Below, one piece after another: positions 37,009 to 47,446 of a stretch of DNA of 64,000 bases (positions are counted from its first letter, which is position 1; each line of letters starts with the position of its first letter). The stretch covers positions 1,110 through 65,109 of the forward strand of contig CAYYRT010000407.1 in assembly GCA_964474055.1 (NCBI GenBank), given 5' to 3'. The notes under the pieces are model-generated. The model searched no databases, was not told the origin of the DNA, and worked only from the letters and a program-made list of their open reading frames with translations. A program made the position numbers and the translations under genes. This DNA comes from an uncultured Acidimicrobiaceae bacterium (GTDB lineage: Bacteria; Actinomycetota; Acidimicrobiia; Spongiisociales; ZC4RG35).

Positions 37009-39993
37009 ATGAACCGCTTGACCTTCGTTGCGGCCCTGGTGTCCTTCTGCGTGCCCATCTTCGTTCCCGGGCCGTCCGCGACGGAGCCCGGCGGGTCCGC
37101 GGGGGAGGTCTCGATCGTCTATTCCCGTTGCCTCCGGATGGAACGCGCGGCTCCAGTCACTCACACCGTGGTCGTGAACGGTAGGCCGGTCAAGGTAGAC
37201 AAATCGCTGGGCCACTCGGATGTGCTCGATGTCCTGCCCGATATCAGTAACTTCTTCGGGGGGTTCACCGCACCCTGTGACCTCATCCTCCGCAATGGGT
37301 CCGGGGCAGAGCGGGTCCTGTACGATTGTGCCTCACGGTCGACGGACCAGGGTGCGTGCGCAGCCCTTGACGCTGCCGTGTCGTTCGACGCGAAGACCAT
37401 TGCCTTCGCAGTCTTTCGAGGTCCGATCCAGCGGCGTACCCTCGATCTCCCTCCCAAGTTCTTTCATCCCGCCGCGGCCGACGGCAGATCTCTGCGGATT
37501 GCCCTCCCCAACGCCTACCTCGAGAGTCGTGAAGCCCAGCTCTTCCTCGTGGATGTCGCCACCGGCAGAGTGACCGGTCTCCCTCACCGCGCCGGCGTCT
37601 TCGACTCCGGTCCGGCGTGGCTCTCGAATGGTCGGCTGGCATTCACCTCCACGCGGAGCGGCCAGTTCTCCACTTTGGTCTCCGACCTTCAGCGCCCCGC
37701 CTCACAGATCTTCACGAGCGATCCGGATGGGCGCAACGTCGAGAAGGCCAGCTATCATGCGCTTGCCGGGGAGCAGCATCCGTTTCAGCTGAAAGACGGG
37801 CGTGTCGCCTTGAGTAGCTGGCAGCTCTTTGGAATGCTGCCGTATCGGAACGACAACGGCTCCGCCGGTAGCTTCGGCACGCTCGACAACTTCTTCCACG
37901 TCTACTCCCAGCATCCGGACGGGGCGAATCCGTTTCCCCTCTTTGGCCAGCACACCACGAATCTGGGAACCTACCCGAGCCCATACCCCGCCCACTTTGC
38001 CGCCCATTTCGCCACGCAGGGCAGCGACGGCCGGTTCTGGGTGGCCGATTACTATCGCGGCAACAATTCCGGTCTCGGACAGGTCGTCGGCTTCCCCCTG
38101 CCGCCGATCGGCCAGGAAGGCATCGCTCCCAATCGCGCGTCTCATCTTCATGACATCTATCGACCCGAAGGGTTTACCATGCTCACGCGGTGGGCGAGCG
38201 GTTTCGACGCCATGGCCGGGCCTATGCCCCCGCCGTCGGTCCGGCTTCCCACGTATCGCGATCCGCTCGCCCTCGTCGGCAAGATCAGCCATCCGGCCGC
38301 GTTGCCGAAGAACGCGCTACTCATCACCTGGGCCGCGGGCGGTTGCAGTACCGTGACCGGCGGGTACCTGGAGATGGAGATGCTGACCCGCTTGGGCCGA
38401 GACAACCCCGGATGCGACGCCGGCATCTACCGGACGTCGCGCATTCCGTCGCGGCATCCATCCGATCTTGTCCAGATCGTGAATCGCCGCGAGTATCACG
38501 AGATCATGGCGCGGGCCGTGGTTCCGTACTCCGTCATCTACGGCATCGAGAAGCCCGCTGCCATTCCTCGGGCGGAGCTGGCCGCGGCGGGTGATCCGGA
38601 CCTCGTGCCCGGTACCCCGTTCGGTGTTCTCGGCGCCTCATCGATCATCCTCCGCGAGACGCGGCCGGTAGGCGGAATCCCGTTTTCGGGGACGCCCTTC
38701 GCCTTCAGTCTCCAGGGAACGGACACCGTCGACTACAAGGACGAGGAGCTGTGCGGTATCCGGATTCTCGCCGTGCAGCCGAACCAGCGCGAGGAGTACA
38801 AGCGGTACAAGACGACCGTCGGCGAGCGGGTCGTGATCCTGGGCGAGTTCCCGGTACACAAGAGGGACCGCGCCGGGAACTCTCCTCGCGACCCGACCGG
38901 CGCACCCGATACCTCTTTCAAGGTGCGCTTCCCCGCCAATACCCCATACCTGATGCAGGGGATCGATTGCCTGGGCCGCACCTTGAATACCGACCAGACG
39001 TGGCAGCACCTCAGGCCGGGCGAGCTGAAGACCTGCAATGGCTGTCATGTTCATGGCAAGGAGGGACTGCCCTTCAACAAGACCGCCGCCGCTGATCCCG
39101 GGTATCGAGCGGTTCGCCTGGGCGAGGGCAGCGTCCCATTGCTGGCAGGCGGCTCGCGGGCATCGGTTCAGGTGGTGAGCAGGCCCGGGTACGGCCTACA
39201 GTTCGAATTCGAGCGCGACGTGTTTCCCATTTTCCAGCGCCGTTGCGCGGGCTGTCATTCGGGCACCGCGCCGGCCGCCGGCGTGGTGCTGGACCTTCCC
39301 GGGACCGGACCTGGGTCCACGTACGATCGCCTTGTCCGGGATCGCGGGCAGCGATTCGTGCCGGACGGCCGCCGCTACCCCCATCCTATCCGCAAGCCCC
39401 AGCTGACGAAATACGTCCGCGCCCTCAACGCTCGCGGCAGTCTGCTCTACTGGAAGGCCATCAACCAGCGAACCGACGGCCGGACCGACACAACGTACAC
39501 GCGCGCGGCCGGTCCAGGATGGGAAGACGTGGACTTCGGGCCCTCCCATCCGACGAGCATCACCCCGGAGGAGCTGGCCACCCTCTCCAGATGGCTCGAC
39601 ACGGGTGCGGCCGCCCAGGCCGGTTTCCTTGCCGACACCACGCCTCCTACTCTGCACCTGGCCGCGGGTGTTCACGGTCAGGCGGTGACCACTCTTTACG
39701 TCGGAACCGTGGATGTTTTTAGCGGCATTGATCAGGCGTCCCTCGAGGTCTGCGTGGTGGCCGGCGATGGCCGTTGTGGTCCGAACCTGGCGCCCAGGGC
39801 CGACCCCGCCGGCGTTGTGAGCATCAGCTTCCGAGAGCCGATTTCCAGCCCGGATGTCGAGGTTCGCGGACGCGTGCGCGACCTGGCCGGTAACGAGACG
39901 CAAGTCCAACACACCTTAGGATGGCTAGTCGAGAACACGGCCCCAGGCCGCCAGACGCCCACGGCGGGGGCTTCCGGTGCTCCCCGTCGATAG
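37009..39993 (+). CDS. Large (~995 aa) secreted beta-propeller protein with two CxxCH motifs and a PSCyt1-like C-terminus (putative c-type cytochrome domain protein).
   Basis: Signal peptide MNRLTFVAALVSFCVPIFVPG, PD40/TolB-like repeats, CNGCH and CAGCH motifs, C-terminal ..ITPEELATLSRWLDTGAA. Confidence 0.6.
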   Translation: MNRLTFVAALVSFCVPIFVPGPSATEPGGSAGEVSIVYSRCLRMERAAPVTHTVVVNGRPVKVDKSLGHSDVLDVLPDISNFFGGFTAPCDLILRNGSGAERVLYDCASRSTDQGACAALDAAVSFDAKTIAFAVFRGPIQRRTLDLPPKFFHPAAADGRSLRIALPNAYLESREAQLFLVDVATGRVTGLPHRAGVFDSGPAWLSNGRLAFTSTRSGQFSTLVSDLQRPASQIFTSDPDGRNVEKASYHALAGEQHPFQLKDGRVALSSWQLFGMLPYRNDNGSAGSFGTLDNFFHVYSQHPDGANPFPLFGQHTTNLGTYPSPYPAHFAAHFATQGSDGRFWVADYYRGNNSGLGQVVGFPLPPIGQEGIAPNRASHLHDIYRPEGFTMLTRWASGFDAMAGPMPPPSVRLPTYRDPLALVGKISHPAALPKNALLITWAAGGCSTVTGGYLEMEMLTRLGRDNPGCDAGIYRTSRIPSRHPSDLVQIVNRREYHEIMARAVVPYSVIYGIEKPAAIPRAELAAAGDPDLVPGTPFGVLGASSIILRETRPVGGIPFSGTPFAFSLQGTDTVDYKDEELCGIRILAVQPNQREEYKRYKTTVGERVVILGEFPVHKRDRAGNSPRDPTGAPDTSFKVRFPANTPYLMQGIDCLGRTLNTDQTWQHLRPGELKTCNGCHVHGKEGLPFNKTAAADPGYRAVRLGEGSVPLLAGGSRASVQVVSRPGYGLQFEFERDVFPIFQRRCAGCHSGTAPAAGVVLDLPGTGPGSTYDRLVRDRGQRFVPDGRRYPHPIRKPQLTKYVRALNARGSLLYWKAINQRTDGRTDTTYTRAAGPGWEDVDFGPSHPTSITPEELATLSRWLDTGAAAQAGFLADTTPPTLHLAAGVHGQAVTTLYVGTVDVFSGIDQASLEVCVVAGDGRCGPNLAPRADPAGVVSISFREPISSPDVEVRGRVRDLAGNETQVQHTLGWLVENTAPGRQTPTAGASGAPRR

Positions 39994-40060
39994 GGCCCAG
40001 TTGACGCTTACCTCAAGGCGTGGGCCCCGCCTCGCCGGCGAGGCGAGAAGGTCGCCCGTG

Positions 40061-41281
40061 TTACCGCTTTCCTCCAGGCGGGTCGCTCCTTGTAAAGCGG
40101 TACGCCCACGTTCGCCTCCCGGAGGCCGCGTCGGTGAGGAAGATATAGAGATTGTTGATGGGGTCGTAGTCCAGTGCGTGAAACGCGAGGGTGCCGATCT
40201 TGGCATCCTGCGTCGACGACGCTTGCATGCGTTGTGAGGTCCAGTGTTTCGTCAAGGGATCATAGGCGTAAAACGTTCCGTCGAGGACTCCACCGCCGAT
40301 GACCATGTTGGCGGCGTCGTAGGCCCATCCTGATTCCTGTGAGTTGGGAATGTCTCCCGTCATCCCCGTCACCTCCGACACCCGTGGTCCCTTCGATGCA
40401 ACTTCGAAGACCCGGGTCGGCGATCCGCGGGCGACCAGGTACATCCTCCGGTTCGGAGGAAAATAGACCAGGTTATTCGCGTATCCGACGGTGGCGGGTA
40501 CATCTGCCAACGTGTCCACCTTCTGAGTCGCCGGATCGTACCGCCATAGACGTCCAGGACTAGCATTGACGCCGAGCCCGATGATCAGGATCAACTTAGA
40601 CTCGGGATCGTACTCCGCGGCCGCTGCGTAGTACCACGTGCTATCCGCAGGGGCGCGACTATATGTCCATCGTGGTGTCGCCGATAGGAGGTCGTAGTGA
40701 GCGATCTTCGCTCGTCCAGGAATCCCACCACTCGTCAGGATGATGAAGTGCTTCTCATTTCCCACCTCGGCTACCGCCAGCATGTCATAGGTATGGCGGA
40801 CGACCGGGTGCCCGGTACTGATCCACGCGCCTCTCTCCGTGTCATTGTTGGCAGCGGTCATTGCCGCCGCGGGAGTCGAGCGATACAGACTCCCCCATTT
40901 CAGCGTATTTAGGTCGAAGGCAGCGATATCCGTCCGGATCGCCGGCCCGTGCCCGCCACCGAACATGAGCATCCGATGATGGTGGGAGTCGTACCGGAAG
41001 CCACTGTAGTCGGTGATGAACTCGCACCCGGTGGGACGGTCAGCTGGCTCACTGCAGGTATAGCGTCCCAGATCCAGAGCCGTGCCGGGAGGAATATTCT
41101 GCAGGGTTGGGTTTGGACGGGGCATGACGCTTCCCCCCGATCGGTCCCTCTCCGTCTTTGCCTCCCGGTACTGCACCGACCGAACCGTCTGCGGCTCGGC
41201 AAGCGCAGCCGCCAGCGCGCACTCCCCCAACACCAGCGTCAGCACCATCACAACCACCCTACTCCCCCAGCTCCAGTTCAC
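40061..41281 (-). CDS. Secreted hypothetical protein, probable beta-propeller (Kelch/galactose-oxidase-like).
   Basis: GTG start with an AAGGAGG RBS, signal peptide, repeated Gly/Trp/Tyr-rich blade-like segments. Confidence 0.5.
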   Translation of the reverse strand: MNWSWGSRVVVMVLTLVLGECALAAALAEPQTVRSVQYREAKTERDRSGGSVMPRPNPTLQNIPPGTALDLGRYTCSEPADRPTGCEFITDYSGFRYDSHHHRMLMFGGGHGPAIRTDIAAFDLNTLKWGSLYRSTPAAAMTAANNDTERGAWISTGHPVVRHTYDMLAVAEVGNEKHFIILTSGGIPGRAKIAHYDLLSATPRWTYSRAPADSTWYYAAAAEYDPESKLILIIGLGVNASPGRLWRYDPATQKVDTLADVPATVGYANNLVYFPPNRRMYLVARGSPTRVFEVASKGPRVSEVTGMTGDIPNSQESGWAYDAANMVIGGGVLDGTFYAYDPLTKHWTSQRMQASSTQDAKIGTLAFHALDYDPINNLYIFLTDAASGRRTWAYRFTRSDPPGGKR

Positions 41282-41362
41282 CCGACTGTCCCCTCCTTGA
41301 GGAACGGCGCAATCAACAGAGCAGGATGCAATATCTCCTCCGGCGTCTCGAGCGGGAGTTGG

Positions 41363-42592
41363 CTATCGCCTCACGTCGGGACGGATAGGCCCGCTCGGCC
41401 GCTCGATCGCTCCGGTGCTGGCCGGGACTCGTCGCGGGGTACCGAAAAAGTCATCGTCCACCTGGGTCCGGTCAACCCCTGGTATCGCGGCGCCGATGAG
41501 TAAGGAGCCGAGGAACGGCGAAAAATCAAGCCCTTCGGTGTTCGCGAAGCAGGCCACCCACGTGCAGTTCACGTTGCCCAGGAGACGGAGACCGGGGCGA
41601 GCGGCAGGCAGGACCGGGGTGCCGACCCGGCCATGAACTGCGTTGTTCAGGATCGATGCCTCCACCGGTTCATTGTCTGCGATCCAGATGGCCGCCTGCC
41701 GGTTGCCGTAGACGCTATTGTGCGCGACGATGACCCCACGCAGAAGACCCCGACCCTGATAGTTTTCGAGTCCGATGCCCGCTTTGAAGTTGCCGACGGC
41801 CACGTTGTTCCGCACCAGTACCGGTCCACCCGCGATCACGATGCCGGACGAGGTGCGGGATCCGGATACGAAGTTGCGCTCGACCACGCTCATATTTAGC
41901 AGATCGCGCGCGCCATAGACCATGATGCCGGGGCCTTTGGTGTCTTGAATCATATTGCCCCGGATGACGCCGGACGAGTTCAGCTTCACCTGGAGGCCAT
42001 AGCCCACCTCGGAGCCGGACGCGCTCACCCCCTGAATGTGGTTGCCCTCCACGACCAACCCCGAGATGGTGCACCCAAACCCGTCGTGGCACCCGAAGTA
42101 CATGCCGGTAGCGAGGGACTCGGCGATCACGTTGCGTCTCACGGCTAGCCCGTGCACGCTGGCGTGGGTCGATGCGACTGCGATCCCGCCCAGCTGGAAA
42201 AATCGACAGTCCTCGATCGTGATCCGGTTCCCTGACATGATCCGGATGCCATCCGCCTCGCCGAAGTTTCCCCAGAATTCAAGGCCCCGGATTGTGACGT
42301 CGCTCGCCTTGACCTCGAGCAAGTTGACCGGGCGGCCCGAATACGACAGGCGCGGTCGACGCGCGGGATCGGCGGCCCGGATCACGAGGGGCAGCCCAAT
42401 CTGCCCCCCCCGGTGGATCACGCAGCCCGCCCGATAGTCGCCTGCTTCGAGCACGAGCTCTTCGCCCGGCGCCAACGACTGAATGGCGACGCAGAGATCC
42501 GTCGCGGGGCCGATTTCGAGACCACGAGCGGGAGCGGGAGAAAGAGCGAAGACGGTAAGCAGGAGTGCCAGACCGATGAGCGCAGGCATCAA
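41363..42592 (-). CDS. Secreted right-handed parallel beta-helix repeat protein (pectin-lyase fold). Candidate polysaccharide lyase, epimerase or hydrolase.
   Basis: Signal peptide MMPALIGLALLLTVFALSPAPA. Repeated ..GN.I.DC.., ..RNNV..GN.. and ..HNSVYGN.. beta-helix coil motifs. Confidence 0.6.
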   Translation of the reverse strand: MMPALIGLALLLTVFALSPAPARGLEIGPATDLCVAIQSLAPGEELVLEAGDYRAGCVIHRGGQIGLPLVIRAADPARRPRLSYSGRPVNLLEVKASDVTIRGLEFWGNFGEADGIRIMSGNRITIEDCRFFQLGGIAVASTHASVHGLAVRRNVIAESLATGMYFGCHDGFGCTISGLVVEGNHIQGVSASGSEVGYGLQVKLNSSGVIRGNMIQDTKGPGIMVYGARDLLNMSVVERNFVSGSRTSSGIVIAGGPVLVRNNVAVGNFKAGIGLENYQGRGLLRGVIVAHNSVYGNRQAAIWIADNEPVEASILNNAVHGRVGTPVLPAARPGLRLLGNVNCTWVACFANTEGLDFSPFLGSLLIGAAIPGVDRTQVDDDFFGTPRRVPASTGAIERPSGPIRPDVRR

Positions 42593-42717
42593 CTCTCATC
42601 TTACACGAGCCTTGGCGGCCGCTTTTCACTTCCCCGCGCGGATCGGAGGATCACGGTGGAAGCGTGCTAGACTGAGCGCGCCGTCCAAGCCTGCTGCCCG
42701 GCAAGGTGGCGTCACAT

Positions 42718-43140
42718 ATGGCGGACAAGCTCGAACCGAGCCCTCATCTCTACGAGGAAGACGACCTGCGTCATCTTCTCGCCAGGGAGGTGCTGCGTTC
42801 GACGCGCTACCAGGATTTCCTCACGCTATGCCTCATCCGGGTCGCGTCGGCGGAGCCCTCCCTCCGGGACGCGATCGCTCGACAGGTCGCCGAGATGCTG
42901 CGATCCACTGACCTGGTCGGGAGCATCGGTGAGGATATCGCGGTGTTGCTCGTTCACACCCCGGATACGGAGGCGATCATGATCGCCTCCCGAATCCGTG
43001 ACCGAATCGACCGCCCGTCCGTGCCTCCCTCGGCCGGCGCGGTCGTCCTCCACATTGGGCTGGCGTGCTTTCCGGTCGACGGCACGAGCGATGACGCACT
43101 CCTGGCGTGTGCCCAAGCTCGCCTGGAGACGGCGCGGTGA
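42718..43140 (+). CDS. Stand-alone degenerate GGDEF-domain protein (I-site RSTD retained, A-site GEDIA). Putative c-di-GMP receptor.
   Basis: ..RSTDLVGSIGEDIAVLLVHT...RIRDRI......LHIGLACFPVDG..ALLACAQARL matches the C-terminal half of GGDEF. AAGGTGG RBS upstream. Confidence 0.55.
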   Translation: MADKLEPSPHLYEEDDLRHLLAREVLRSTRYQDFLTLCLIRVASAEPSLRDAIARQVAEMLRSTDLVGSIGEDIAVLLVHTPDTEAIMIASRIRDRIDRPSVPPSAGAVVLHIGLACFPVDGTSDDALLACAQARLETAR

Positions 43141-43222
43141 GGCGCCGGAAGGCACTATCTGGGTTGTGAGGGGAGCGCAAGTCGGCTAGGATCGCGGTCC
43201 AGACGGAGGTGGTGACGGCGGC

Positions 43223-43861
43223 ATGGCTCTCTACATGGTCGAACGCGATCTCAATCATGTCGCGCCCGAGCAGTTTCGCCTCGACCAGAAAGACATCGCC
43301 TCCGCCTGCTTCCAGCTCAAGGCGCGGGGCAAGCGCATCCGGTACATCAGCAGCGCGGTGGCACCCGCGGACGGCCGCGCCTTCGATCTCTTCGGCGCGG
43401 ACGACGCCGAGCTCGTCACGGATGCCCACGCAACCGCGGGCGTCCAGTATCTCCGGATTGTCGAGATCCTTGACCTGACACCAAGCTTCATCCAGCGCAG
43501 CACGTCTCGTCCGCGACGACCCCCCGAGTGGGCCGCCGGGGGTGCGGACTGCGCGGGTAAAGCGAAAGGGGCCACGCACGCCATGACCGTGAACCCAGAG
43601 TTGACACGATGGCTCTCCGAGGGCCAGCGGCTCTTCGGCGTATGTCTGGAGACGCTCGAGAACCTCGAGCGGCTGCAGACCGAGAACACCATGCTCCGAG
43701 AGGAAACGGCCCGCCTGCGCCACCGCGTTGACCTCCTGCAGACCGATCGGGCCGAGATGGTGGCGGCCTTCAATGACCTCGCGGGCCACGTTACCCAGGT
43801 TGTGGACCACATCATCCAGAAATCCGAGGATGGCGAGGGAAGCGCAGCCACCGGGGCATAG
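43223..43861 (+). CDS. DUF4242 (SCO4226-like) domain protein with a C-terminal coiled-coil extension.
   Basis: MALYMVERDL..FDLFGADDAELVTDAH..IVEILDLTP resembles the DUF4242 family. C-terminal heptad-rich segment LETLENLERLQTENTMLREETARLRHRVDLLQ. Confidence 0.45.
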   Translation: MALYMVERDLNHVAPEQFRLDQKDIASACFQLKARGKRIRYISSAVAPADGRAFDLFGADDAELVTDAHATAGVQYLRIVEILDLTPSFIQRSTSRPRRPPEWAAGGADCAGKAKGATHAMTVNPELTRWLSEGQRLFGVCLETLENLERLQTENTMLREETARLRHRVDLLQTDRAEMVAAFNDLAGHVTQVVDHIIQKSEDGEGSAATGA

Positions 43862-44280
43862 CCTCCGGAGTGTAAGACTTACACCCGAGGTCGAAAAGTT
43901 CCCACTAACCGGGAAGGGGGAAGACGGATGCGTTTGACCCCCAACCCTGCCTGCGTCAAGAATCCTCTTACTCCAGCTTGAGGTCCCATATGTGCAAATG
44001 AGCTGTGCATACAACGCGGCCCGCCGTGTTCGGAGTAAATCGTCTCCTGAGTCGACAGGTTGATCGTCGCCTTAACTTACTGATAAACATGAGAGAGTTT
44101 GCGGGAGCGCGTTTCGATCGAGGGATGCACTCTCGTGTCACCGTGAAGCGGCCATCACATTCCTTCACGGTCCACGCAATAGTTGCGGTAGATGACCTGA
44201 GACTCAAGTATCGGAATAATATACGTTTATGTTCTCACCGGCCCTGTGGCGTCAGCAACATTCAGATCGTCCGTCAGAAA

Positions 44281-44310
44281 GGAATGGGATTTCCCATTAT
44301 GTGAATGGAA
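44281..44310. promoter_or_regulatory. Inverted-repeat cluster AATGGGA-TT-TCCCATT plus CCATT-N5-AATGG about 90 bp upstream of the sigma-54 -24 element. Candidate enhancer (UAS) for a bEBP.
   Basis: Perfect 7-bp arms with a 2-bp spacer at 44283-44298 and an overlapping second IR to 44308. Same distance and similar sequence to the repeat at 1103-1122. Confidence 0.35.
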
Positions 44311-44378
44311 TTGCCGGGCTATGGACTGAGTCTCGCCTGTTAGAACGGGCACTTGAACGGACTGGGTACTTTGCGGGG

Positions 44379-44394
44379 TGGCACCTAATTTGCT
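44379..44394 (+). promoter_or_regulatory. Sigma-54 (RpoN) -24/-12 promoter TGGCAC-N5-TTGCT upstream of the enhancer-binding-protein gene.
   Basis: Exact consensus match 63 bp upstream of ATG 44457, at the 3' end of a low-GC 600-bp leader. Confidence 0.6.
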
Positions 44395-44456
44395 TAATCT
44401 AATCACGCAACTCCTATGGCCCACCTTTCATACCCAGAGTAACGGAAGACGAAGCG

Positions 44457-45847
<1,391 letters not shown>

Positions 45848-45851
<4 letters not shown>

Positions 45852-47437
45852 GCGACGCGCTGCGCGGCCTGGACGACGGCGATGCCGCTCCGCGCGGGGG
45901 CTCGGCCCTCGACCGCCTCCGGCAGGCCTGGAGCCGGCGCAAGTGGCTCGGCATCCTGGTGGTCCTGCTGCCCCTCACCGCGGGCGTCAGCGTCATCATG
46001 GCCCTGCCCGATCTCTACCAGTCCACCGCCCTCGTCATGATCGAGCGGCAGCAGGTGCCCGAGGCCTTCGTCCGCCCGACCATCACCAGCCAGCTCGAGA
46101 TCCGCCTCCAGACGATCAGCCAGGAGATCCTGAGCCGCTCGCGGCTCGAGGCCCTGATCCAGCGATTCAATCTCTATCCCGAGATGCGGACGCCCGCGTC
46201 GAGCGAGCAGGCGGTGAACCGGCTCCGGACCGACATCCGCCTGGAGCTGAAGTCCAGCGACAACAACCGCGCCGGCACCACGACCGCCTTCGCGCTGTCG
46301 TACCGGGGGCGCGATCCCCAGACCGTGGCGCAGGTGACCAATACCCTGGCTTCCTTCTACATCGAGGAGAACCTCAAGGCGCGCGAGCGGCAGGCGACGG
46401 GCACCGCGGAGTTCCTGCGGGTCCAGCTCGCGGACGCCAAGAGGCGCCTCGACGAGCAGGAAGCGCGGGTGAGCGAGCTGCGCCGCCGCTACATCGGCCA
46501 GCTCCCGCAGCAGATGCAGGGCAATCTCGCCACGCTGGACTCCCTCACCCAGCAGCTCCGGATCAACAGCGACAACCAGGTGCGGCTCGTCGAGCGGCGA
46601 GACCAGCTCGCGGCCCAGCTCACGCAGGTGCGCGCCATGTCCGGCGATGAGACCGATGAGATGCGGCTGGCCCGGTTCAAGCGGGAGCTGGCCACGCTCC
46701 GCATCAAGTACACGGATCTCTGGCCGGACATCATCCGGCTCAAGGACGAGATCGCCACACTGGAGAAGCAGATGGCCGAGCCGAAGCCCAAGAGTACGGC
46801 CAAGACGCCCCTGCCTCCCAGCCCGGAGGTCATGCGGGTGCAGGAGATGCTGGGAATGGCCGAGACCGAGCTGAAGCTGGCCAAGCAGGACGAGCAGCGG
46901 ATCCGCCGCGCGATCGACGTGTACCAGACACGAGTCGACAACGCGCCGCGGAGCGAGCAGGAGTTCCAGGAGATGACCCGGGACTACCAGGCGACCCGGG
47001 AGCTCTACCAGACGCTCTCCAAGCGCTACGACGAGGCCCTGCTCGCCGAGAGCATGGAGCAGCGGCAGAAGGGCGAGCAGTTCCGGGTGCTCGATTCCGC
47101 ATTGCCCTCGTCCGTGCCCACCGCGCCCCGGCGGTCGCGGCTGCTGCTGGCCTGCATCGCGCTGTCGCTGGCCCTCGGGGCCGGGGCGGTGGTGCTCGCC
47201 GAGATGCTCGACACCTCGTTCCACTCGACCGACGACCTGCGCGCCTACACCACCGTCCCCGTGCTGGTCAGCATCCCGCGGATCCTGACCCAGTCGGACT
47301 CGCGCCGGGAGCGGTGGCGGTTCCGCTTCGCGACGGTGGGGGTGCTGGTGTGCCTCGTGGTGGTCGCGGGCTCCTGCTACATCTTCGCCTACGGCAACGA
47401 GCAGCTCGCCCAGCTCCTCTCACGCGGAAAGGCCTGA
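45848..47437 (+). CDS. Polysaccharide chain-length determinant (Wzz/GumC-like, PEP-CTERM-locus subfamily).
   Basis: N-terminal TM ..WLGILVVLLPLTAGVSVIMAL.., long periplasmic coiled-coil and a C-terminal TM ..LLACIALSLALGAGAVVLA... ATGA overlap with the regulator gene. Confidence 0.75.
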
Positions 47438-47446
47438 GCGGGCGCG

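Noticed and set aside
40029-40044. Perfect 16-nt GC palindrome GCCTCGCCGGCGAGGC between the convergent genes, as a possible bidirectional terminator.
   Set aside because: There is no flanking U/A-tract, so it is not a canonical intrinsic terminator. It might still form a hairpin, but the evidence is too weak to call a feature.
39900-42600. PEP-CTERM sorting signals (PEP motif + TM helix + Arg-rich tail) at the C-termini of the three secreted proteins.
   Set aside because: Their C-termini (…SGAPRR, …DPPGGKR, …RPDVRR) lack a PEP motif or a terminal TM helix. No PEP-CTERM substrate is encoded in this window.
44005-44304. 99-aa and 79-aa ORFs inside the low-GC leader region.
   Set aside because: They have no Shine-Dalgarno context and no recognisable motif. 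They overlap the predicted enhancer repeats. The region is better explained as regulatory DNA.
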